This document shows, one piece after another, positions 19,217 to 30,941 of a stretch of 64,000 nt of DNA. The notes beneath the pieces are model-generated. The model made no database searches and was not told the origin of the DNA. It was given only the letters and a program-made list of their open reading frames with translations. Origin of the DNA: an uncultured Clostridia bacterium (GTDB lineage: Bacteria > Bacillota > Clostridia > Christensenellales > Borkfalkiaceae); NCBI GenBank assembly GCA_947629675.1, contig CANREM010000005.1:18393-82392 (forward strand). Reading direction: 5' to 3'. Position 1 is the first letter of the stretch, and the number at the start of each line of letters is the position of its first letter. A program made the translations under genes and the position numbers.

Positions 19217-21052
19217 ATGAAAAAGAAGGCTTTGATTTTTGCGGCAGTTGCAGTTCCGCTCATTGTCGCAATCGTTTTGGTTGTGACGCTTGTCATCGTG
19301 CCACATGCCACAAACAAGTTTCGAATCGGCGTCGTAGACGATATTGCCCTCGGCGCAAACAAGGAAGAAGTGCGAGAAGTACTTGGCGACCCTTATCTTG
19401 AGGAAAAAACAAGATGGGGATATGGCGACAAAAAACTTTGCTCCTATCTCGATGATGCGCAGGATATTTCCGCGGCAATGGAAGAGGCTCTTTTGCGGGG
19501 CGATCTCGAACGTGTGGCGCGGCTCAACCGCCAATATGAGAATTTGATGGACGAGGTCGCCTCGAAGAAATTCTCCTATATCGAGGTCAACTTTGAGGAC
19601 GACGCTGTCGTCTCCGTTCTCCTCGATAAAGCCTACGCCCTCGAACCGGGCTTTAAGAAATTAGAAGAGGACAAATTAACTTACACGGGCGACGGATCTC
19701 GAGTTGTATTACCCTATTATATCGACTATACGCAAAATCCCGAGGGGGAAATGCGACAACTTGACTGCGAGCTGGGAGAGGGGGTAGCCTATTCCGGAAA
19801 AGAGCTATCCTGCGCTACAAAATTTACCGACGGCAGTTATTTTCACGCATATGTGAAGTCATATGAGGTCGAAGACGATTCATATATCGTTTGGGCGGAT
19901 GATTATAGCGATCATAAGGAACGAAAACCATACGGTTTTTCCGCACCCACTTCTCCCCTCGGGACTATCAGCGCAGACGGGACATGGAGTAGTAATATAA
20001 AATTTAAGAGTATTACAATTCCCGCGAATGTGACTTCAATCGGAGAGGGTGCGTTCAAGGGTTGCAGTGGACTGACAAGCATTGTGATTCCCGATAGCGT
20101 GACCTCGATCGGAAGGGGGGCGTTCGAGGATTGCAACAGGCTGATAAGTGTTATTTGGAATGCGGAAAATTGCACCGAAGCGGGTTCATACAATTATCCG
20201 ATTTTCCAGAATTGTACAAATCTGAACACTGTGACCTTCGGAGAGAATGTAAAGACAATTCCCGCATATGCGTTCTCTAGTTGTAAAGGCCTTACGAGCG
20301 TGACGATCGGGAGCGGCGTGACCTCGATCGGAAGGGGGGCGTTCTATGGTTGTAGCGGGTTGACGGGAGAGTTAAAAATTCCCGACGGCGTGACCTCGAT
20401 CGGAAGTTGGGCGTTCGATGGTTGCAGCGGGCTCGAAAGCGTCGTTTGGAATGCGGAAAATTGCACCGAAGCTGGTTCATCTAGTTCTCGGATTTTCAGA
20501 AATTGCACAAATTTGAGTAAAGCGGTCTTCGGAGAGAATGTAAAGACAATTCCCGCATATGCGTTCTCTAGTTGTAAAGGCCTTACGAGCGTGACGATCG
20601 GGAGCGGCGTGACCTCGATCGGAAGGGGGGCGTTCTATGGTTGTAGCGGGTTGACGGGAGAGTTAAAAATTCCCGACGGCGTGACCTCGATTGGAGAGGA
20701 TGCGTTCTATGATTGTAGCGGGCTGACTTCTGTCACGATCGGGAACGGCGTGACCTCGATCGGCGATTATGCATTCTCGCATTGCACAGGCCTTGAAAGC
20801 GTAACGATCGGAAGCGGCGTGACATCGATTGGAGGGTGTGCGTTCTATAATTGCAGCGGGCTGAAAATTTACTATCAAGGGACAGCCGAAACGTGGAAGA
20901 AGATTTCTATCAACAGTGACAACTCCAACCTCACTTATGCGACCCGCTATTATTTCACCGAGAACAAACCGACGGCGAATGAGTGGGCGGAATGGGACTA
21001 TTGGTGGCACTATGACGAAGAGACGGGCGAGCCGACGCCGTGGACAAAATAA
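19217..21052 (+). CDS. Leucine-rich-repeat (BspA-like) surface protein with an N-terminal membrane anchor
   Basis: 611 aa with repeated units of the form ..IP..VTSIG..AF..C..LTSV.I and an N-terminal TM. Confidence 0.8.
   Translation: MKKKALIFAAVAVPLIVAIVLVVTLVIVPHATNKFRIGVVDDIALGANKEEVREVLGDPYLEEKTRWGYGDKKLCSYLDDAQDISAAMEEALLRGDLERVARLNRQYENLMDEVASKKFSYIEVNFEDDAVVSVLLDKAYALEPGFKKLEEDKLTYTGDGSRVVLPYYIDYTQNPEGEMRQLDCELGEGVAYSGKELSCATKFTDGSYFHAYVKSYEVEDDSYIVWADDYSDHKERKPYGFSAPTSPLGTISADGTWSSNIKFKSITIPANVTSIGEGAFKGCSGLTSIVIPDSVTSIGRGAFEDCNRLISVIWNAENCTEAGSYNYPIFQNCTNLNTVTFGENVKTIPAYAFSSCKGLTSVTIGSGVTSIGRGAFYGCSGLTGELKIPDGVTSIGSWAFDGCSGLESVVWNAENCTEAGSSSSRIFRNCTNLSKAVFGENVKTIPAYAFSSCKGLTSVTIGSGVTSIGRGAFYGCSGLTGELKIPDGVTSIGEDAFYDCSGLTSVTIGNGVTSIGDYAFSHCTGLESVTIGSGVTSIGGCAFYNCSGLKIYYQGTAETWKKISINSDNSNLTYATRYYFTENKPTANEWAEWDYWWHYDEETGEPTPWTK
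20236..20691 (+). repeat. 165-bp identical direct repeat inside the LRR gene (20236-20400 and 20527-20691)
   Basis: By eye the two blocks are base-for-base identical with a 291-bp register, equal to 97 codons. Confidence 0.8.
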
Positions 21053-21094
21053 AAACAATAAAGCATTCCCGCGAGGAAAAAGGGGCGTACCATG

Positions 21095-21440
21095 TCCGAA
21101 CCCGACATAAGCCTTTTTCCCCCCCCATCGGGGGGAAGGTGTCACGGCAAAGCCGTGACGAATGAGGGGCATATCGGTAGTCAACCCTCATCAGTCACCT
21201 GCGGTGACAGCTTCCCCCGTGGACGGGGGAAGCCCTACCCCTTTTTAAGGGGGAGGGTGGCGAACGAAAGTGAGACAGGTGGGGGTGTCTCGCTGTCCCC
21301 GTAGGGGAAAGTACCCGCGAAGCGGGGGAAAGGGTTAACCCCTCTGCCACTCGCAAGCTCGTGACATCTCCCCTTGCAGGGGCGACAAGTGGCCCTCATC
21401 AGTCACCTGCGGTGACAGCTTCCCCCTTATGAAGGGGGAA
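21095..21440. repeat. Array of short GC-rich hairpins (REP-like intergenic element) with a 34-bp direct repeat
   Basis: At least 11 consecutive 5-9-bp stems (for example ttcccccc/ggggggaa, gtcacgg/ccgtgac, cttccccc/gggggaag). ccctcatcagtcacctgcggtgacagcttccccc occurs at 21185-21218 and 21393-21426. Confidence 0.75.
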
Positions 21441-21609
21441 GCCTTATAATATAGTGATACTTCGACTTCGCTACGCTACGCTCAGTATGACGATTGTAAA
21501 AACGCGGCGGGATGCAATGGGCAGCCCGCCGCTTTCTATACGCAATTTATCCGCGTTCTTCTTACTACTTAGCGAAATTGGCGATCGTGTTCGATCGTTC
21601 TATTCCTTC

Positions 21610-22356
21610 TTACTTATCATAATTGACGATCGTGGCGAAGTCGGGGGCTTTCAAAGAGGCACCGCCGATGAGGCCGCCGTCGATCTCGGGCTGGGCCATG
21701 AGGCCCTTGCAGTTCTTGGCATTCATGGAGCCGCCGTACTGGATGCGCATCCTGCCCACGTTCTTGCCCGAGTAGACCTTCTTCATGCGCTTCCGGATGA
21801 AGCCGATGGTCTCGTTCGCCTGTTCGTCGGTGGCCGTTCTGCCCGTGCCGATCGCCCAGATCGGCTCGTAGGCGACGACGATTTTCGAAAAATCCTCAAT
21901 GCCCGCGAAGTCCTTCTCGATCTGTGCGGAGAGCACCTTCTCCGTAAGCCCGCCTTCGCGCTCCTCGAGGCTCTCCCCGATGCACACGATGGGGGTGAGG
22001 CCCGCGGCAAGGGCGGCGAGGGTGCGTTTATTGACCGTTTCGTCCGTCTCGCCGAAGTACTGCCTGCGTTCGCTGTGCCCGATGATGACGTACTGTACGC
22101 CGTACTCTTTGAGCATGCTCGCCGAGATCTCGCCCGTAAAGGCACCTTTTTCGGCAAAATGCACGTTCTGCGCACCCAGCCTGATCTTCGAGCCGTGGAT
22201 GGCCTTCTTGACGGCGGGGATGTCGATGGCGGGAACGCACACGACGACGTCGCACTTTGCATCCTTCACGAGGGGCTTCAATGCCTTGACAAGTTCCACG
22301 CCCTCGCTGGCGGTGTTGTTCATCTTCCAATTTCCTGCAATAATGGGTCTGCGCAT
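21610..22356 (-). CDS. tpiA: Triose-phosphate isomerase
   Basis: N-terminus IIAGNWKMN, plus GHSERR and YEPIWAIGTG. Start at MRRPIIAG with an AAGGAGA RBS. Confidence 0.95.
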   Translation of the reverse strand: MRRPIIAGNWKMNNTASEGVELVKALKPLVKDAKCDVVVCVPAIDIPAVKKAIHGSKIRLGAQNVHFAEKGAFTGEISASMLKEYGVQYVIIGHSERRQYFGETDETVNKRTLAALAAGLTPIVCIGESLEEREGGLTEKVLSAQIEKDFAGIEDFSKIVVAYEPIWAIGTGRTATDEQANETIGFIRKRMKKVYSGKNVGRMRIQYGGSMNAKNCKGLMAQPEIDGGLIGGASLKAPDFATIVNYDK

Positions 22357-22521
22357 AAATTTTCTCCTTGCATAAAATTCCCCTGTATCATACCACGAAC
22401 GCACGCAAATTGCAAATGTTTTGCACCCTTTTTCATGTCCGGAAAAAAGAAATGCCCCGCAGGACGCAGGGCATTCGCTCAAAACTTTCGGATAGATAAT
22501 TTCCTCATTCGGATAATTTCC

Positions 22522-22836
22522 TCATTCCTCGGTCGGAACTTCCTCAGAAGGTTCCTCGGCGGGAACTTCTTCGGGGATTTCTTCGGGAACTTCCTCACGG
22601 GCCTTCTCTTCCTTCATGGCGTCGAGGATGAATCTCCTCAAAAGCAGCCAGATGCCGAGGGCGGCGAGGCCGAAGATGATGAAGAGCAGCCCGATCCACC
22701 ACACGGAGGTTGCGAGGCAGAACACGAGGATGGAGAGGAGGAGGGATAGTCCCGTCACGGTGGGCAGGATGATGGTAAACAGTAATAGGAACAGTTTATA
22801 AGTTTCGTAAAGGCTACGGGGTTTCTTCATGGCCAT
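22522..22836 (-). CDS. Small membrane protein with an acidic EEVPEE-repeat tail
   Basis: 104 aa with two TM helices. It lies between pgk and tpiA on the same strand. Confidence 0.5.
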   Translation of the reverse strand: MAMKKPRSLYETYKLFLLLFTIILPTVTGLSLLLSILVFCLATSVWWIGLLFIIFGLAALGIWLLLRRFILDAMKEEKAREEVPEEIPEEVPAEEPSEEVPTEE

Positions 22837-22857
22837 TCTCCTTTCGTCTTGCGAAAA

Positions 22858-24162
22858 TTATTTTTCGTTGAGGCAGGCGATGCCCGGAAGGGTCTTTCCT
22901 TCGAAGAGTTCGAGGGAAGCACCGCCGCCCGTCGAGATGTGCGTGACCTTATCCGCAAAGCCGTACTGCGTGCATGCCGCGGCAGAGTCGCCGCCGCCGA
23001 CGATCGTCGTGGCTCCTTCGGCATCCGCGAGTGCCTGTGCGACCGCGACCGTGCCTGCCGCGAGGGTGGGATTTTCGAACACGCCCATGGGGCCGTTCCA
23101 GATGACAGTCTTCGCGCCCTTGATCTTTTGCGCAAAGAGGGCGCGCGTCTTTTCGCCGATGTCGAGGCCCATCATGTCCGCGGGGATGGCGTTCGAGGGG
23201 ACCGTCCTGACTTCTACGGGAGCGTCGATGGGGTCGGGGAAGGCCTTCGTCACAACGGTGTCAACGGGGAGAAGCAGTTCCTTTCCCGCCGCCTTCGCCT
23301 TCTCGATCATCTCCGTGCAGTAGCCGAGCTTTTCGTCGTCCACGAGGGAGGTGCCGATCTCGCAGCCCTGCGCCTTGAGGAAGGTGTACGCCATGCCGCC
23401 GCCGATGATGAGGGTATCGCATTTCTCCAAGAGATTGGAGATGACGCCCAGCTTATCCGCGACCTTCGCCCCGCCCAAAATGGCGACGAAGGGGCGCACG
23501 GGATGCTCGAGACTGTCCGCCATCACGGTGAGTTCCTTCTCGATGAGGAAGCCGCAGACGGCCGTTTTCACGAGGCCGTATTCGACGATCGCAGCGGTGG
23601 AGGCATGGGAGCGGTGGGCCGTTCCGAATGCGTCGTTCACATAGATGTCGCAGTAGGCGGCGAGCTTTTTGCAGAACTCGAGGTCTCTCTTCTCCTCCTC
23701 CCAGTGGAAACGGAGATTCTCGAGGAGAACGGCTTCGCCCTCACGGAGCGCGGCGACCTTCGCCTGTGCATCGGGGCCGACGACGTCGTGCGCAAACACG
23801 ACTTTTCCGCCGAGCAGCTCGTTGAGACGGGCGGCGACGGGGGCAAGGGTGAGCTTCTTCGGCTCATCCTTTTTCGCCTTCTCGATGATGGCCTCGGCAG
23901 TCGTTTCGCCCGCTTCCACCTTCGCCTTGTCCTTCTTGTTGAGCTTCACTTCCTCCGAGAAGATGGAGTGGGGTTTGCCCATGTGGGAGCAGAGGACGAC
24001 CTTCGCGCCGTGACCGAGAAGATATTGAATGGTGGGAAGGGCACCTTGGATCCTGTTCTCGTCGGTGATCTTGCCGTCCTTCATGGGGACGTTGAAATCG
24101 CAGCGGACGAGGACGCGCTTGCCCTTCCAATCCTTGATGTCTTTGACAGTGAGCTTGTTCAT
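22858..24162 (-). CDS. pgk: Phosphoglycerate kinase (with a ~35-aa lysine-rich insertion)
   Basis: RCDFNVP, SHMGKP and the C-terminal STGGGASLE motif. 434 aa against the usual ~395. Confidence 0.95.
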   Translation of the reverse strand: MNKLTVKDIKDWKGKRVLVRCDFNVPMKDGKITDENRIQGALPTIQYLLGHGAKVVLCSHMGKPHSIFSEEVKLNKKDKAKVEAGETTAEAIIEKAKKDEPKKLTLAPVAARLNELLGGKVVFAHDVVGPDAQAKVAALREGEAVLLENLRFHWEEEKRDLEFCKKLAAYCDIYVNDAFGTAHRSHASTAAIVEYGLVKTAVCGFLIEKELTVMADSLEHPVRPFVAILGGAKVADKLGVISNLLEKCDTLIIGGGMAYTFLKAQGCEIGTSLVDDEKLGYCTEMIEKAKAAGKELLLPVDTVVTKAFPDPIDAPVEVRTVPSNAIPADMMGLDIGEKTRALFAQKIKGAKTVIWNGPMGVFENPTLAAGTVAVAQALADAEGATTIVGGGDSAAACTQYGFADKVTHISTGGGASLELFEGKTLPGIACLNEK

Positions 24163-24299
24163 GATACTTTCGAACCTCCGAAATTGACGATTTTACCCTA
24201 CTATTTTACCGCTGCAGGAAGCATTTGTCAACATTTTCCATGCGAAATTATGCCCCGCTCCGAAATTAAAAATCAGGAAAAAAATTATGATAAAGGGGG

Positions 24300-24670
24300 G
24301 GAGGTGGTGTGTCATCGCGTCCGTCGATTTTCCTGTCATTCCGAGACCCCGCAGGGGCCGAGAGAATCCCCTCCATGAAAACATGGACTTTGATAAACAG
24401 TGCTCCGTTCTAATTATGTCATGTTGAGCTTGTCGAAACATCACCTTATTATTAGGACTTCGTACTTCGGGATTCTTCGGCTTTGCCTCGGAATGACGCC
24501 GTCGGCTACTTCGGGGCAAAGCCCCTCGTGCCGTGCTTAGTAAACAATAGTGCGCGCGGGACGCCTTCGGCTCGGTATGACGCGTTTGACACTTGCGCCC
24601 TCCCGAGGAGGAGCCATGCCGCTTCTCAATTATGTCATGTTGAGCTTGTCGAAACATCACCTTATTTCTT
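24300..24670. repeat. Intergenic repeat cluster containing a 39-bp direct repeat
   Basis: aattatgtcatgttgagcttgtcgaaacatcaccttatt occurs at 24412-24450 and 24628-24666. Inverted gtcattccgag/ctcggaatgac segments lie at ~24337 and ~24487. Confidence 0.7.
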
Positions 24671-24869
24671 TTCCTGTTTCCTTTTCGAACCACACGGCGA
24701 CGGTGGCGCACTGGCCGTTCGGAAACTTCATCGAGATCTCATCTTCCCGAAGGCGGCAGACGGCGACAAAGTTCTCCTTCAAAAGGGGAAGGATCTCGCG
24801 CGCGAGCTGCCTCCCTTCGATGTGTTTTTCTCTTCGTGCCTCTTCATGATTTTCTCGTTCGCTGTTCAT
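24657..24869 (-). CDS. Hypothetical small protein (divergent from the XRE regulator)
   Basis: 70-aa ORF preceded by AAAGGAGGAAAATT. Its 3' end runs into the 39-bp repeat, so coding status is uncertain. Confidence 0.35.
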   Translation of the reverse strand: MNSERENHEEARREKHIEGRQLAREILPLLKENFVAVCRLREDEISMKFPNGQCATVAVWFEKETGKEIR

Positions 24870-24971
24870 AATTTTCCTCCTTTTGACAATAGTATAACCC
24901 TACAACGCGTATATTGGCAAGGGAAATGTGCGTGTTGGGAGGATAATATTTTGTCGAATAGGGGGAAGTTT

Positions 24972-25412
24972 ATGGAAATCATGTCGAAACTTTCGGAGAG
25001 GCTCAAAGAACTCATGTTTGACTGCGGACAGATCAAGTCGGAAGCACTTGCGGCGAGGCTGGATGTTTCGGGGCCGACTGTGCGCAGATGGCTGAATGCG
25101 CAGGCGGATATCAACCTTGAAAACGCCGTGAAACTCGCTGACTTTTTTGAATGCTCCATCGATTATCTGGCAGGCATGTCCGAGGTTGACCATAAGGTAA
25201 CGCCCCGTCCGCTCCCGCCTTTCTATGAGAATTTACGCAAGGTGATGGCAGAGTGCGCCGTGACGCGCTATCGGCTTTCAAAGGACGTCGTTGCGGATGT
25301 ATTTTTTACAAAATGGGCGCATGGGGTCGAACCTCTTCTTTGCACGGTGTGCAAGATCGCGCAGTATCTGGGCGTCTCCGTCGATTATCTCATCGGCAGG
25401 ACGGATTACTAA
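24972..25412 (+). CDS. XRE-family transcriptional regulator with two HTH domains
   Basis: LAARLDVSGPTVRRWL...ADFFECSIDYLAG, and a second ...IAQYLGVSVDYLIG. The ATG at 24972 follows a GGGGGAAG RBS. Confidence 0.8.
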   Translation: MEIMSKLSERLKELMFDCGQIKSEALAARLDVSGPTVRRWLNAQADINLENAVKLADFFECSIDYLAGMSEVDHKVTPRPLPPFYENLRKVMAECAVTRYRLSKDVVADVFFTKWAHGVEPLLCTVCKIAQYLGVSVDYLIGRTDY

Positions 25413-25488
25413 AATTTCCAATTTTCGCTCTATACATTATAAATAAAGAAAAAGTGTCAAAAATTTGCGATATGTGCGCGTAAAACGT

Positions 25489-25517
25489 TTGACAAAGGCC
25501 TGACGGTTTGTTAAAAT
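25489..25517 (+). promoter_or_regulatory. str operon promoter
   Basis: TTGACA (25489-25494), 17-nt spacer, TAAAAT (25512-25517). Confidence 0.6.
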
Positions 25518-25650
25518 GTACGGTGTGCCTTGAAGAAGGCGTCTTTTTTCGTGTGCCCGCGAAGGGGAGCGGAAAAAGCAGATCAATCAGCACTTCGGAT
25601 CGTTTGATTTGAAGATATTCCGAAATAAGAACAAGGAGGTAAAAACAGTA

Positions 25651-26022
25651 ATGCCCACGATCAACCAGCTCATCAAGAAAGGCAGAGAGCGCGAGGCCTT
25701 CAAGTCCAAGTGCCCCATTCTCGACCGTTGCCCGCAAAAGCGCGGCGTGTGCCTCTCGGTGACGACGACTTCCCCCAAGAAGCCCAATTCCGCGCTTCGT
25801 AAGATCGCGAGAGTCAGGCTGACCAACAAGCAGGAAGGTACCGTTTACATTCCCGGCGAAGGTCACAACCTGCAGGAGCACAGCTCCGTGCTCATCCGCG
25901 GCGGAAGAGTCAAGGATCTGCCCGGCGTCCGCTACCACATCATCCGCGGCGCGCTGGATACGGCAGGCGTTGCAAAGCGCAAACAGGCGCGCAGCAAGTA
26001 CGGCGCAAAACGCCCCAAGTGA
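25651..26022 (+). CDS. rpsL: 30S ribosomal protein S12
   Basis: [12 protein letters not shown]...[20 protein letters not shown]. Confidence 0.97.
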   Translation: MPTINQLIKKGREREAFKSKCPILDRCPQKRGVCLSVTTTSPKKPNSALRKIARVRLTNKQEGTVYIPGEGHNLQEHSSVLIRGGRVKDLPGVRYHIIRGALDTAGVAKRKQARSKYGAKRPK

Positions 26023-26029
26023 TGCCATA

Positions 26030-26300
26030 GGCGTCATCCTGCCCCGCGCGAAGTTTCTATTTGTAGACTAAGCGCGGCACGAGCGCGTAGCGCGATGTAG
26101 CGGAGCGTAAAGCTCCGTCCCGTCACGAAAGATCTTCGTGAACACAACTCCCTACTTATTTCGGAATTTCTTTTGAGGGACCCGAGGAAAGTAGGCAGTA
26201 TTCCCCGCTTGCGGGGGAGAAGGTTCGCTACTTTGCAAAAAAGCAAGCGATAGCTTAATTGAAGGGGAGACCCCCGCGGCATGATGCCGCAAAAAATCAA
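26030..26300. repeat. Hairpin-rich insertion in the rpsL-rpsG spacer
   Basis: The ~295-nt spacer contains stems such as tcacgaa/ttcgtga, ccccgc/gcgggg and gcggagc/gctccgt, in the same style as the arrays at 21.1 and 24.4 kb. Confidence 0.55.
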
Positions 26301-26317
26301 ACAAGGAGGATTGAAAA

Positions 26318-26788
26318 ATGCCGAGAAGAGGCAATATTCCCAAGAGAGACGTCCTTCCCGACCCCCTGTATGGGAGCAAGGTCGTCACCAAGCTCATCAA
26401 CCAGATCATGCTCGACGGCGAAAAGAGCGTCGCGCAGAAGATCGTCTACGACGCCTTCAAGCTCATGGGCGAAAAGATGAATATGGAACCCATGGAAATT
26501 TTCACGCAGGCTCTTGCCAATATCACCCCCATGGTCGAGGTCAAGGCAAGACGTGTCGGCGGTGCGAACTATCAGGTCCCCATCGAGATCAGACCCGAAC
26601 GCCGTCAGACGCTCGCCATCCGCTGGCTCGTTCTCAACACGAGAAAGCGTTCCGAGCGCGAGACCTATAAAAAGCTCGCGGCCGAACTTATGGACGCCTA
26701 CAACAACACGGGCGGTTCCGTGAAAAAGAAGGAAGATACGCACAGGATGGCAGAGGCGAACAAGGCGTTCGCGCATTTCCGTTTCTGA
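26318..26788 (+). CDS. rpsG: 30S ribosomal protein S7
   Basis: [20 protein letters not shown]..., 156 aa. Confidence 0.97.
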   Translation: MPRRGNIPKRDVLPDPLYGSKVVTKLINQIMLDGEKSVAQKIVYDAFKLMGEKMNMEPMEIFTQALANITPMVEVKARRVGGANYQVPIEIRPERRQTLAIRWLVLNTRKRSERETYKKLAAELMDAYNNTGGSVKKKEDTHRMAEANKAFAHFRF

Positions 26789-26812
26789 TCGTCCGAAAAT
26801 TAGAGGCAAACA

Positions 26813-28891
<2,079 letters not shown>

Positions 28892-28946
28892 CACGCCCGC
28901 ATACGCGCCGAACAGGAAAAAAATGCAAAAATTTCCCGTATTTTTC

Positions 28947-28975
28947 TTGCAAAAATTTTCCTGATAGGCTATAAT
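28947..28975 (+). promoter_or_regulatory. Internal promoter upstream of tuf
   Basis: TTGCAA (28947-28952), 17-nt spacer, TATAAT (28970-28975). Confidence 0.55.
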
Positions 28976-29088
28976 AGGGTTTGACAAGCGAACCAGCTGA
29001 ATATCGAAATGATAGATAGCTGCGCTTCCGCCCCGGAAAAGGCGGAAAAAGTTATCAAAAAATAAAAATCTTTGGAGGAAAACTCAAA

Positions 29089-30309
29089 ATGGCAAAGGCA
29101 AAATTCGACAGAAGCAAGCCCCATGTCAACATCGGCACCATCGGCCACGTTGACCACGGCAAGACCACTTTGACCGCAGCTATCACCATGGTTATGGCTT
29201 GCAAGGGTCAGGCAAAGAAGATGCGCTACGACGAGATCGATAAGGCGCCCGAAGAAAAGGCACGCGGTATCACCATCAACACCGCGCACGTCGAGTACGA
29301 GACGGACAAGCGCCACTATGCGCACGTCGACTGCCCCGGTCACGCAGACTATGTCAAGAACATGATCACGGGCGCTGCCCAGATGGACGGCGCGATCCTC
29401 GTCGTCGCTGCGACCGACGGTCCCATGCCCCAGACCCGTGAGCACATCCTGCTCGCCCGTCAGGTCGGCGTCCCTTATATCATCGTGTTCCTGAACAAGA
29501 CCGATCAGCTCGACGATCCCGAACTTCTCGAGCTCGTCGAAATGGAAGTCAGGGAACTCCTTTCGAGCTACGACTTCCCCGGCGACGATCTTCCCATCAT
29601 CAAGGGTTCCGCCCTCAAGGCTCTCGAGAAGGCCACGAGCGGCTGCTCCGATGCGGAGATCCTTGCAGCTCCCGAATGCCAGTGCATTCTCGAACTCATG
29701 GACGCTGTCGACAGCTATATCCCCACGCCCGCACGCGACGACCAGAAGCCTTTCCTTCTTCCCGTCGAGGACGTGTTCACCATCTCCGGCCGCGGCACCG
29801 TTGCTACGGGCAGAGTTGAGAGGGGTGTCGCCCACGTCGGCGATCCCGCCGAGATCGTCGGCCTCATCGAGAAGCCGAGAACGACGGTTATCACCGGTCT
29901 CGAAATGTTCCACAAGCAGCTCGACGAAGCTATGGCCGGCGACAATGTCGGCGCGCTCCTCCGCGGTATCAACCGTACGGACGTCGAGAAGGGACAGGTC
30001 ATCGCAAAGCCCGGTACCGTTCCCACCGCTATGAAGTTTGAGGCGCAGGTCTACGTCCTTACCAAGGACGAGGGCGGCCGTCACACCGCATTCTTCAATC
30101 ACTATCGCCCCCAGTTCTTCATCAGAACGACGGACGTCACGGGTGCCATCGAGCTTCCCGCAGGCGTTGAAATGGTCATGCCCGGCGACCACGTCACCAT
30201 GACCGTCGAACTCATCAAGCCCGTCGCGATCGAGGAAGGTCTCCGTTTCGCTATCCGTGAAGGCGGCAGAACGGTCGGCTCCGGCGCAGTGTCGAAGATC
30301 CTCAAGTAA
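29089..30309 (+). CDS. tuf: Elongation factor Tu
   Basis: [24 protein letters not shown] and DCPGHADY, 406 aa. Confidence 0.97.
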   Translation: MAKAKFDRSKPHVNIGTIGHVDHGKTTLTAAITMVMACKGQAKKMRYDEIDKAPEEKARGITINTAHVEYETDKRHYAHVDCPGHADYVKNMITGAAQMDGAILVVAATDGPMPQTREHILLARQVGVPYIIVFLNKTDQLDDPELLELVEMEVRELLSSYDFPGDDLPIIKGSALKALEKATSGCSDAEILAAPECQCILELMDAVDSYIPTPARDDQKPFLLPVEDVFTISGRGTVATGRVERGVAHVGDPAEIVGLIEKPRTTVITGLEMFHKQLDEAMAGDNVGALLRGINRTDVEKGQVIAKPGTVPTAMKFEAQVYVLTKDEGGRHTAFFNHYRPQFFIRTTDVTGAIELPAGVEMVMPGDHVTMTVELIKPVAIEEGLRFAIREGGRTVGSGAVSKILK

Positions 30310-30361
30310 GTTCATCGAAACGCAAAAAGCACACCCGAGGGTGTGTGTCATAGGGAAAAAC

Positions 30362-30396
30362 AAGGGAGACGACGAGCGTCTCCCTTAAGTTTTTTC
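30362..30396 (+). terminator. Rho-independent terminator after tuf
   Basis: aagggagacg-acga-gcgtctccctt followed by a T-run. Confidence 0.75.
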
Positions 30397-30473
30397 GAAA
30401 TAAGGTATATCACACTACGCTTATTTCATAAGCGGTATGCCTATCCCGTAAGTTCTTCTTGCATATCACTCCT

Positions 30474-30929
30474 TTAATCGAACATATAACTCGGATTTTC
30501 GATCTCGTCCCAGATGTCCTTCAAGAGCCGTCCGTCAATGTTTGCCTTTCCCGTAAATTCCTCGCGGGTGTCGTATAACTGATATTCTCCGTCGTGCCCG
30601 ATGCAAATTTTTCCTTGCGTAAACATGACGCCATACAAAATTCCTTTGTAAATGAAAGACATCTCACTGTAAAAATACAGCCCGTTGACGAAGTCCTCAA
30701 AGGTCGCCTTGAAGGGTTTCCCTTGCTTATACTGTTCTCTTGCCCGCCAAACGGGAACGAGCATGGGATAGCTGATCCCCTGCTCTTGTCCCATTTTTTC
30801 CTCATCCTTGCACATTTCCCAGCCGCAGTGCGGACATCTTCCGTTTCCGAATTCGTCGAAAAAGGCAGGCTTTCCACAGACAGTGCAAATGCCGGGGATA
30901 TCTTCTTTGTATGGATTTTTTTTGCTCAT
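30474..30929 (-). CDS. Cysteine-rich (CPCC-type zinc-ribbon) protein, putative immunity protein
   Basis: N-terminus CTVCGKPAFFDEFGNGRCPHCGWEMC. It lies 12 nt downstream of a toxin-like ORF in a visibly lower-G+C segment. Confidence 0.45.
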   Translation of the reverse strand: MSKKNPYKEDIPGICTVCGKPAFFDEFGNGRCPHCGWEMCKDEEKMGQEQGISYPMLVPVWRAREQYKQGKPFKATFEDFVNGLYFYSEMSFIYKGILYGVMFTQGKICIGHDGEYQLYDTREEFTGKANIDGRLLKDIWDEIENPSYMFD

Positions 30930-30941
30930 AATTTTCCTCTC

